Assembly: GCA_002104905.1 (NCBI GenBank)
Contig: MCFE01000279.1
Span: 39,986-103,985, forward strand
Reading direction: 5' to 3'
DNA: 64,000 nucleotides
Origin: Basidiobolus meristosporus CBS 931.73
Lineage: Eukaryota > Fungi > Basidiobolomycota
A model generated the notes under the pieces. That model searched no databases. It was not told the DNA's origin and saw only the letters and a list, made by a program, of their open reading frames with translations. Of this stretch, positions 55,047 to 64,000 are shown piece by piece (within the stretch, counting starts at the first letter, position 1; every line of letters begins with the position of its first letter). Position numbers and translations under genes: made by a program.

Positions 55047-57246
55047 TTAAATTCGCTCGCATTTGTCACACATACACAGCGGGTAAAATGGCCTATTGTT
55101 ATCGTTGACTGTATCTTGAGTTCTGCTCCAAGACAGGCCTACAGCCATGTGTTGTGAGTATGCTATGTCCAACTCTGGAGATTCAGCAATTGTGTCACAC
55201 TTGGACTTCGACAAGGGCAAAAATGAGTTGTGTGGTAATTCTATTAGCGACCTTTGACGAATCAAGTTATTCTGATTATTCTTCCGACTTGATGTCCAGC
55301 CGGGTAATTGAAAAGTTTCAATTGCCAGTGTTGGCATCGAGAGACGTCGTGGTCCCCTGCTAGAGTTGGGTTGCTGTCCCCTTTTAGCGGATAGCTTCCT
55401 TGACAAGGACAAACTCGGGTTTGTCGATTTGTAATGTGAAGGTGGTACGGGTTTGTATAGTGTTTTTTCGGTTTTTGTTCGGAGTGCTTCGGTCATGGTA
55501 GAGTTTGGATCTCTTAAAAAGTCGTATATGCTCTCTTTTTGCTTCGAGATGTAACCACGTTGGTGTTCCAGTTGGGAGTTCGGGCTGGATTTGCGGTCGT
55601 ACAATATACTACGCCTCATTACTACTGGGGGTCGAGGGATATATTTCTTTGAAACCTTCAGTGGGGAGTTGAAGTTAAACAAGATTTCTTCATTGAAGCA
55701 GTTATGATTATGAATACTTTGGGAGGTGTAATCGGTGCGCTCTTCAAACATTCGTAAACAGTCTCTGCTTTCTTCATAGGTAAAGAGGTTTTCCTATATT
55801 CTTGGGGGAGGCTGGACATTGCCTCAGCTCTCACATGTTTGCAACCAGGCTTGGTTGGTGTACTTGTCTGGATGCTTTCGTTGGTTTTATGAAGCTGAGC
55901 ATATGTAGAGAATTTCCTTAGGTCAGTACATTGGTAACAAAGTGAATATTATTCCCATCAGTATATCATTTCGTTACCTCAGTACTGCATAGTCTGTTTG
56001 GTGCAAGTGGCGTCTTCTTGGTTTTGTTTGCACAGAGAGCCTCCTCGGACGACTCATCCTTGTTGACAAGATGTCAATGAATCCACCTTGAATAAGCTGC
56101 TATCTGCTTACTAGCTAACACAATAGTATAGGTGACACTTACAGTAGATTCCGCACCGGTTGTAGGCATGCAGGATTCGGTATTTATGGGATTTTCTTGG
56201 CTGGGACTTTGACTATCTAAATCAGGTGGCATGTAGCGGAAAAACCCCGTTTTTTGTGAGGTTGGGATTTCAGAGAGGGTGTTGTTTCCTGACGGCCTCG
56301 ATTTCCCTCGAAAGAGGAAGAAGGCGAGGGACTTTCCTTTCTTCGGTGATGCCTCATACAATGGGGACTCAAAATATTCCTGCCTTCCTGTTTCGATAAG
56401 GAGTTGAGTTTTCTCGCGACTCTGATGGGTGTACTTGGTATTGAACGATGCTTGAAAACCTTCTGAAGGGATTCTTGAGATTGACTTTTTCTTGCTTAGA
56501 TTCGCCGCATTCTTTGATTCTCTCGCGATTGCCTCCGCGATCACACGTGTCTACAAACAGCGATGTAAGTATCTTCGAAATTTCGCAGGGGGTTTGATAG
56601 GTCGAACCTGGATTTTTGTGTAGATTATCATTGTACGGAATAATTCGTTGATGTTGCTATCGACGTCCAATCCATTAAACACCTCCTCCAACCCAATGTA
56701 GGTTTTTAACTGTTGCTTAGCCATCACTGCCACGCTGTTGATTAAAAATCTAGCAACGTATTCAAGCAAGGCGGTGATGAAGATTACGGTGATGCTGGTA
56801 AAATCTTCTCCAGCCTGTTGCGGCCCAAGCAGTAACCGCAACGGGTTCGCATGTTCGGTTCCTAGTGCGCTATATCTCAGGCATTTTGCTCGTAGCTGCT
56901 CATACCGAACCGTCTCATTGGCGTCTGGCAAAGCCATGATTTCTGGCTCAACACGGTTGTGATTTGCGGTGCAGATGCTGGGCTGAGTGGCTAAGCTCGG
57001 CAGAGTTTTCTTGGAAAAACTATGAGCGCTACAGATAGCCTCTTTTGCAAACTGCTTATTGGGAACAAGTTTTAGTAGCGATGTTTCTACCCCCGAGATG
57101 TCCATCTTATCGGTAGGGAGATGCACAATCAAAAGATACAGGATCTCGTCTAGAAACCCATTGATGGCAAACACAGCATCATTTGTCAAAGAGAAGGAGC
57201 CGATCTGGGACATGATGGATTTGGTCGCCCTTGAAGTCACGTACAT
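55047..57246 (-). CDS. Uncharacterised protein with an N-terminal histone-fold-like region and a long low-complexity S/R/K-rich tail
   Basis: Three long in-line ORFs joined by introns. ITALLEYVARFLINSVAVMAK...IGLEEVF resembles H2A/SOS-type histone-fold helices. Confidence 0.7.
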
Positions 57247-59906
57247 TGCATCTAACGGGTAGAGGTCAACTAAATGAAGCCAGGTATCAAGTCACTGTTG
57301 CCAACAATGGTACCTTTGGGCGAGAGTAGACGCATTCTCAACGGTGCAGACGTACTAAAAACGATGTATGAAGGCGCTAGAGCCACAATGGAAGGGTGAA
57401 TTCGGCTTACAAGACAAAATGGTCAGTGGCAGATCAGAAACGAGGCGTGGACCAAGTAAAAAATTGGGAGAACGAGCGTGATGGTCCGGTATTTAATATG
57501 CCAACAGGAGTGCGTTATTAACATTTCTGTGGATATACGCGGGGCCATTTTCAAATGAAGAATGCATTCCGAATGAAGGCATATCGGTGGACGGCCCACA
57601 AATTCAAGGAAGGTTACCTGTAAAATAGGCCAATGGATCCAATGTAAAGGATCTTTAATCGATCTGTAATGTAATGTGACCTTTGTTTTCAGGTGAGTGA
57701 ATATTATATCCTACTACGCTATTGCATAGGCCAAATAAATAGTAGACCAATCTCTTGCTCCAGAGACTCTAGAGGCTGTATACAGATCAATTTAATACGG
57801 TTGATTGTTAATTCATTCAAATCGGAGCATAACAGGGTCAATAGCAGTTAGATTAAGGGAATTAAGTGCAGTAGAGGTGGTGGTGTGTAGAGGATGCAAA
57901 AACACTGCCATGTACGAGTGCTGTACTTTGGAAACTTGGTGAATGAGCTGATCCTGCCTTCGCTTGCTTCCGTGCTATCTGCGTTGATTGTGTACTGCTA
58001 ACTCGGAATCATTCTCTTGACCTCTGGTATTATATATGGCACAATGGAGTACAGGTAATTCAGCCCAGCCTCACAATCAGAATTAACCAGAAAAGGCACC
58101 GATCTGGATTTTGTATAGATTCCCCTGAATGCAGGAAGTTTAGAGTTTGTTATGTTATACGCTATATACTCCATAGTGCAGTATGGATTCTTCGTGTTCT
58201 GGTTTGCTGGATATTGCTGGTGATGGTCTGGTTTAGAGCGATTTCAGTCACTAATTAAACCGCTGTTCTCTACGAAAAAGGAAAGTCCTGCTGAATAAAA
58301 ATGTGACATGGAGTGGCTTGAAGGATGTGCCTCTTCTGCATTGGCCACATAGCACAAATGTTTTGACCACTATTGATGACTGTGCCTACAGATGTATGCT
58401 TAACGGTGTGGCCAGAAATACATTACAAATAGGGATGCTGTGTTGAACAACCATAGGGTTGATAGCTTCCAGTGATGCCTATTTTGGTAAGCCAACTGCA
58501 GATTTGCACGAAATATATTACCTTTCCACTTGAGCATTTCGTCTTTTGGTCTTATGAAAGTGAAGCTATGCACTCCATTCAAATGATTCGCTCTATGGCT
58601 CGGAATATGCTAGATCCTTCTATCACTTGAATACAGTATAGCAATCAGCGCTTCTCGATGTACATATTACCAGCTAATATAGGCTCTGTTCGAGAGTGTT
58701 GATATTTACCGCCCAAAATAAAGTTCTAATCTGCTACTGGGTATATCACACTTGTTATACCGATATTTTGAGAGGATGTATTTTATAAGTGGGTCAATTA
58801 TCCCTAATAATCTTGAGTTTAGCTTAGATATCAGATGGCTTTCGGTTTATTCTGGCAGCCCAAGGGCTTTTTTGAAGTCCCAAAAAATATTCTAGAATAG
58901 GCCATACGGGGAAGAGTGAATTGACCATCAACCATGCATGTGCAAGTAGTATGGAAGCGAGCTCAAAATTTGAACACAAGCGCCTTTTTTGCATGTTGCC
59001 TAAATTAAAACTTCAGCCTTAAGCTTTTGCTGGTATTCCTACCTTCTTACTACAGGCTCGTGGTACTCCATGTCGTTTATATCCAACAACTTTATAACTT
59101 GTATACTTTTCTCAAATGCCACCCGCAAATTCTCATATTCTGTATGTGTAAAGGGTTTAAAAGGTTTGACATCTTAATTCTAACTCAAAATATAGCCTCT
59201 AACCCTGGCTTTTTGAGCTTGAAGGCTCAGTTCTAAAAGGTTAGTACCGGTTTTCAATATATTTGCCATCTTTGCATCCATACAGTTATGGCTGTACTCT
59301 ACAAACCATTTATTGGTGTGTATGATTCTAAATAATTTTCAACATGCAGCACTTCACACATGTAGCTACTGGTGTGTGTCTGGATGACTATGGATATAAC
59401 TCAAAGTGCTTCTTACCTATTGATAGCTCAGCTTAATCTTACTTGTAGGACATTTTCAAATGTTAAGTCAAAAGCACTTTCATGAAATTGATGATGATGA
59501 TCCCATCAAAAGGCCATTGCAAAACTGGTATTCTATGACTGAGAGGGAATAGTGCCACCAGGATACCTCACATCAGAATAGTACAGTACCCTCATTATCT
59601 ACAAAAACCAATCAAAATTATTTGTTCAAATGGCCATTAGGTTGCTTTCATGGGGGCCATGAAAGCCACTGCATGGTGAATTCTATGTTTACTCAGTACA
59701 AGTATCTCAGGAAGCCAATGTTTTCTGAAAATTTTCTTAGAAAGTTAGGTTAGGGGGCTATTTTCCTGGAGAGATAGGGCTGAGAGTTGAGAAGCAAAGT
59801 ACTTTAAATTTTCAAGTTTCCTAAGTCTAAGTTGCAATTTCTGGAAAGTCAAGTTTGCAATGTGAGAACCTAAGTGTAGCTCAGGCTGTTGTAATAGCTC
59901 TGAAGA

Positions 59907-59930
59907 TAGGGTTAGGGTTTAGGGTTAGGG
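59907..59930 (+). repeat. Interstitial telomeric tract starting the retroelement array
   Basis: TAGGGTTAGGGTTTAGGGTTAGGG. Confidence 0.9.
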
Positions 59931-60374
59931 GGAGGAAAGTCACCAAGTAGTGAAATCTTTATTTACTTATGACAAGTATCTAAAGAAGCCAAGTTAATCT
60001 GAAGTTATTCCTAGTTAGCTAGGTCTGAGAGAGGTTTCCTGGAAAGCCAGGCCTGAGAAGTGAGAATCTGAATATATCTGAGCTAAGTTATACTGGTTTG
60101 CGGTAGGTGGATTGTGGCCGGAAAGGCCAGTGGACTGGGGGAACTGAGATGAATTTCTGGGCGATCACTGGCCATATTTACTAGGCAAATCTGGCCATTA
60201 GCATTTCAAGGATTTCAGCCAATCAGAGCCTTTACTTTGCCCAATAGTTGATCAAGCCATCTCCCAATGAGCACACATCAATTTATTAATCAAATTTTTG
60301 CTGGATCCAGGATTTGAACCCACAACCATGGGTATGGAAGGGTTAGGGATAACCACAAGGCTAAGTGTTCTTGG
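59931..60374 (-). mobile_element. Telomere-associated tRNA-derived SINE, copy 1 (444 bp, lacks the 78-bp duplication)
   Basis: Minus-strand A box TAGCCTTGTGG (60363-60353) and B box GGTTCAAATCC (60320-60310), 32 nt apart; 3' tail shared with the LINE; TTAGGG at both ends. Confidence 0.8.
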
Positions 60375-60395
60375 TTAGGGGGGGGGAGGGGGGGG

Positions 60396-61458
60396 GAGAC
60401 AGTCACCAACAGGTGAAATCTTTATTTCAGTTGAAACAAAGAAGCCAGCGCTACTGTTGTAGCTTTGATACAAGAGTGTGTAGCTGAGGGGAATTTGTAG
60501 GTAAGTTAATAAGAAGTGATGATAGTTCTTCAGTGCTCAAGACACTGTTCAGTGGGAAGGGGGGTAGCAAGAGAGGTAAGAATGACTTGTGAACAACATT
60601 AATGAGGGGAATGTGATAAGGATTGATATTCATCATAAAGGGAGTGTGCTGCTGCAGATATTGCTGCCAAAGGTCTGTCAAGTACTTCAGGTAGGCCAGC
60701 TTGGGTTTTTCTGACTGCAGAATATAGTGAGCAAACTTCTTGACTTCAGGATCTCCAAGTATAGTTCTCCAGCAGGAGCCAGGTGTTGCGTGGTGTGTTC
60801 TCTTCCAGGCCTTAATCAGTGGGTTGTTGCAGTTGTGAAGTCTGAGGTATAATCTGGTTCTAAGGTAGAGAAGTCTGATCTTATAGGGCATAAACCCAAA
60901 AGCACCAAGAATAGCATGTCTGTAGGGGCATTCAGGCAAATGAGGCACCAAGGAGGTAATGCACCATACTGCAAACTTGTCAAGCTTAGTGCAGTCTCTA
61001 GAAGTAAGAGAGAGAAGTGGTAAGCCAAATTCCAGGACAGGGAAGACAAACTGCTTGAGTAGAAGGAGGCAGCTGGGAGCTGAAGTTGTAGGAGGAGTAA
61101 CAGCCAGTAGCTTGTGGAGTGCCTGTCTTGCTAGGATAATTCTCTTCTTCAGGTGTGCTCCAGAGTCTAGTCCAGTAGGAAGGAAAGGAAAGCCAAGATA
61201 TGTAGCAGAAACCTGAGCAGGTAGAGTGGAGTTCTCCAAGTTGATGGGAGAGCCCAAAGGTACTGTCTTTGCAATGGAAAGCTGGAGATTATTCTTCTGC
61301 AGATACTGGTGGATGGTCTGGGAGTCTTGTTGCACATTGGAGGAGGATATTCTGATGTCATCAGCAAAGAGAGTAACCAGGCAGTCAGCTGAGAGTCTTG
61401 GGAAATCATTCAGGAAGATGGCAAACAGTATAGGACCAAGCACAGAGCCTTGAACCAC
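60396..61458 (-). mobile_element. 5'-truncated non-LTR (LINE) retrotransposon, family A
   Basis: RT ORF plus short 3' UTR ending in a C-run. The truncation point abuts TTAGGG at 61459. Confidence 0.9.
60451..61458 (-). CDS. C-terminal half of a non-LTR reverse transcriptase (uninterrupted 335 codons, 5'-truncated)
   Basis: QGSVLGPILFAIFLND (domain 4), LFADD (catalytic), LQLSIAKT, ATYLGF and KQFVFPVLEFG. Confidence 0.92.
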   Translation of the reverse strand: MVQGSVLGPILFAIFLNDFPRLSADCLVTLFADDIRISSSNVQQDSQTIHQYLQKNNLQLSIAKTVPLGSPINLENSTLPAQVSATYLGFPFLPTGLDSGAHLKKRIILARQALHKLLAVTPPTTSAPSCLLLLKQFVFPVLEFGLPLLSLTSRDCTKLDKFAVWCITSLVPHLPECPYRHAILGAFGFMPYKIRLLYLRTRLYLRLHNCNNPLIKAWKRTHHATPGSCWRTILGDPEVKKFAHYILQSEKPKLAYLKYLTDLWQQYLQQHTPFMMNINPYHIPLINVVHKSFLPLLLPPFPLNSVLSTEELSSLLINLPTNSPQLHTLVSKLQQ

Positions 61459-61464
61459 TTAGGG

Positions 61465-61986
61465 GGGAGGAAAGTCACCAAGTGGTGAAATCTTTATTTA
61501 CTTATGACAAGTATCTAAAGAAGCCAAGTTAATCTGAAGTAATTCCTAGAAAGCTAGGTCTGAGAGATATCTTCCTGGTAAGCCAGGTCTGAGAGTTGAG
61601 AAGCTGAGTGGTACTATATTTCCTAGTTAGCTAGGTCTGAGAGAGGTTTCCTGGAAAGCCAGGCCTGAGAAGTGAGAATCTGAATATATCTGAGCTAAGT
61701 TATACTGGTTTGCGGTAGCTGAATTGTGGCCGGAATGGCCAGTAGACTGGGGGAACTGAGATGAATTTCTGGGCGATCACTGGCCAAATTTACTAGGCAA
61801 ATCTGGCCAATTAGCATTTCAAGGATTTCAGCCAATCAGAACCTTTACTTTGCCCGATGGTTGATCAAGCCATCTCCCAATGAGCACACATCAATTTATT
61901 AATCAAATTTTGCTGGATCCAGGATTTGAACCCACAACCATGGGTATGGAAGGGTTAGGGATAACCACAAGGCTAAGTGTTCTTGG
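61465..61986 (-). mobile_element. Telomere-associated SINE, copy 2 (522 bp)
   Basis: Near-identical to copies 3 and 4; same head and tail as copy 1; distal end capped by TTAGGG. Confidence 0.85.
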
Positions 61987-62029
61987 TTAGGGTGTAGGTG
62001 TTATAGTAAGGGCTAGGAAAAGGTTAGGG

Positions 62030-62465
62030 GGGATGATCATCACCAAAGGGTGAAATCTTTATTTAAATAATCAATAAAGAAGCCAAGTTTGAATATGAAT
62101 ATCTGAGATGCAGGAAGCCTACAAGATAAACTTGGACTTTGCTGTATCCCAAATATCCTCAGTATCAAAGTCTAGAGGAGAGTGCAGCAAGACTGCTTGT
62201 TCACTGTAGTATTTCTTGAGGAAGTTTGTGACTTGAAGGGAAGGAGAGTTTTTCAACAAGCTGGTAAATCTTTTGAGAAGTTCTTTTTCCAGAGAGAATG
62301 GCACAAAGAGTGGAATGTCCAAGTGATGTCTGAATATATGCTCTGAGAGCTCCCAATCCAGCATATTTTTGACTTCTTCTGTAAAATCTTCAACAATATC
62401 TTTGTCAAGAATAACTTCCAAGAGATCCCTGGCAATGTACTGAATGTTAATAATCTTAGGCATAC
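62030..62465 (-). mobile_element. 5'-truncated retroelement fragment, family B (unrecognised ORF C-terminus)
   Basis: Open frame 62119-62463 ending WDTAKSKFIL*; 3' end carries the shared TCACC/GGTGA hairpin; distal end capped by (TTAGGG)3. Confidence 0.7.
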
Positions 62466-62489
62466 TTAGGGTTAGGGTTAGGGTAGGGG

Positions 62490-62752
62490 AGGGAAAGTCA
62501 CCAAGGTAGGTGAAATCTTTATTTGATTTCAGACAAGTCTAACTACTAATAAAGAAGCCAGCTGGGAATAAAAGATTCCCAAAGTAAACACTAAGTTGAA
62601 TATGAATAAATCTAAGCTAAAGTTAAGGCAGTATCCCAGAGTACACTGGAGTTCAGGTTCATGGGGGAGTGAAGTAGATAAGCTTGAGAGATATAATAAT
62701 CTTTAAGGAAGTGGGTAACAGCAGGTGAAGGGGAGTTTTTGATAAGTGAGGG
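62490..62752 (-). mobile_element. Shorter 5'-truncated fragment, family B' (paralog of B)
   Basis: Minus strand translates SLIKNSPSPAVTHFLKDYYISQAYLLHSPMNLNSSVLWDTA, homologous to B's SLLKNSPSLQVTNFLKKYYSEQAVLLHSPLDFDTEDIWDTA; shared 3' hairpins. Confidence 0.7.
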
Positions 62753-62759
62753 GTTAGGG

Positions 62760-63280
62760 GGAGGAAAGTCACCAAGTGGTGAAATCTTTATTTACTTATG
62801 ACGAGTATCTAAAGAAGCCAAGTTAATCTGAAGTTATTCCTAGAAAGCTAGGTCTGAGAGATATCTTCCTGGTAAGCCAGGTCTGAGAGTTGAGAAGCTG
62901 AGTGGTACTATATTTCCTAGTTAGCTAGGTCTGAGAGAGGTTTCCTGGAAAGCCAGGCCTGAGAAGTGAGAATCTGAATATATCTGAGCTAAGTTATACT
63001 GGTTTGCGGTAGCTGAATTGTGGCCGGAATGGCCAGTAGACTGGGGGAACTGAGATGAATTTCTGGGCGATCACTGGCCAAATTTACTAGGCAAATCTGG
63101 CCAATTAGCATTTCAAGGATTTCAGCCAATCAGAGCCTTTACTTTGCCCAATGGTTGATCAAGCCATCTCCCAATGAGCACACATCAATTTATTAATCAA
63201 ATTTTGTTGGATCCAGGATTTGAACCCACAACCATGGGTATGGAAGGGTTAGGGATAACCACAAGGCTAGGTGTTCTTGG
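62760..63280 (-). mobile_element. Telomere-associated SINE, copy 3
   Basis: Near-identical to 61465-61986. Confidence 0.85.
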
Positions 63281-63307
63281 TTAGGGGGGGGAGGGGGTTA
63301 GGGTAGG

Positions 63308-63770
63308 GGAGGAAAGTCACCAAGTGGTGAAATCTTTATTTACTTATGACAAGTATCTAAAGAAGCCAAGTTAATCTGAAGTTATTCCTAGAAAGCTAGG
63401 TCTGAGAGATATCTTCCTGGTAAGCCAGGTCTGAGAGTTGAGAAGCTGAGTGGTACTATATTTCCTAGTTAGCTAGGTCTGAGAGAGGTTTCCTGGAAAG
63501 CCAGGCCTGAGAAGTGAGAATCTAAATATATCTGAGCTAAGTTATACTGGTTTGCGGTAGCTGAATTGTGGCCGGAATGGCCAGTAGACTGGGGGAACTG
63601 AGATGAATATCTGGGCAATCACTGGCCAAATTTACTAGGCAAATCTGGCCAATTAGCATTTCAAGGATTTCAGCCAATCAGAGCCTTTACTTTGCCCGAT
63701 GGATGATCAAGCCATCTCCCAATGAGCACACATCAATTTATTAATCAAATTTTAGTTGGATCCAGGATTT
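63308..63770 (-). mobile_element. Telomere-associated SINE, copy 4, 5'-truncated inside the B box
   Basis: Matches copies 2 and 3 until GGATCCAGGATTT, then switches to GGGTTAGGG. Confidence 0.85.
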
Positions 63771-63851
63771 GGGTTAGGGTTAGGGTTAGGGTTAGGGTTA
63801 GGGTTAGGGTTAGGGTTAGGGTTAGGGTTAGGGTTAGGGTTAGGGTTAGGG

Positions 63852-63892
<41 letters not shown>

Positions 63893-64000
63893 GGTTAGGG
63901 TTAGGGTTAGGGTTAGGGTTAGGGTTAGGGTTAGGGTTAGGGTTAGGGTTAGGGTTAGGGTTAGGGTTAGGGTTAGGGTTAGGGTTAGGGTTAGGGTTAG
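63771..64000 (+). repeat. Telomere (TTAGGG)n
   Basis: Tandem TTAGGG to the window end, with one TTTAGGG variant near 63870. Confidence 0.99.

Noticed and set aside
59644-59666. Perfect 10-bp hairpin GCTTTCATGG-GGG-CCATGAAAGC as a Helitron end
   Set aside because: No correctly spaced CTRR terminus or other Helitron evidence.
60300-60370. Functional tRNA gene
   Set aside because: Acceptor, D and anticodon stems do not pair; only the promoter boxes and T arm remain, embedded in a repeated element.
59907-63770. CRISPR-like repeat-spacer array
   Set aside because: Eukaryotic context; units are hundreds of bp with RT and SINE hallmarks, and there are no cas genes.

Overview
The last 64 kb of a fungal chromosome arm. 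It has short introns and a (TTAGGG)n telomere at 63771-64000, and the gene style suggests an early-diverging fungus (taxon is inference). There are three domains. (1) 1-~21.2 kb is a CpG-purged transposon graveyard: a foldback element around a CACTA-type transposase fragment, a MITE-like hairpin, solo LTRs, and a full-length degenerate Ty1/copia nested antiparallel inside a relative. (2) ~21.2-59 kb is a gene island with normal CpG: KEX2, RPL22, a stand-alone kexin pro-domain gene, a forkhead factor, ADK1, an HMG-box gene, a BED-zinc-finger/cytidine-deaminase fusion gene, an orphan 7TM protein, IDH2, Pol eta and a histone-fold-like protein. (3) ~59.9-63.8 kb is a polarized head-to-tail array of retroelements separated by TTAGGG spacers: four copies of a tRNA-derived SINE, a 5'-truncated LINE RT and two fragments of a third family, all sharing a two-hairpin 3' end. 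The strongest candidates for undescribed biology are the telomere-targeted LINE/SINE system, the BED-deaminase fusion joined by a microexon, and the free Kex2 pro-domain gene next to KEX2. All calls were made by eye; no database searches were run.
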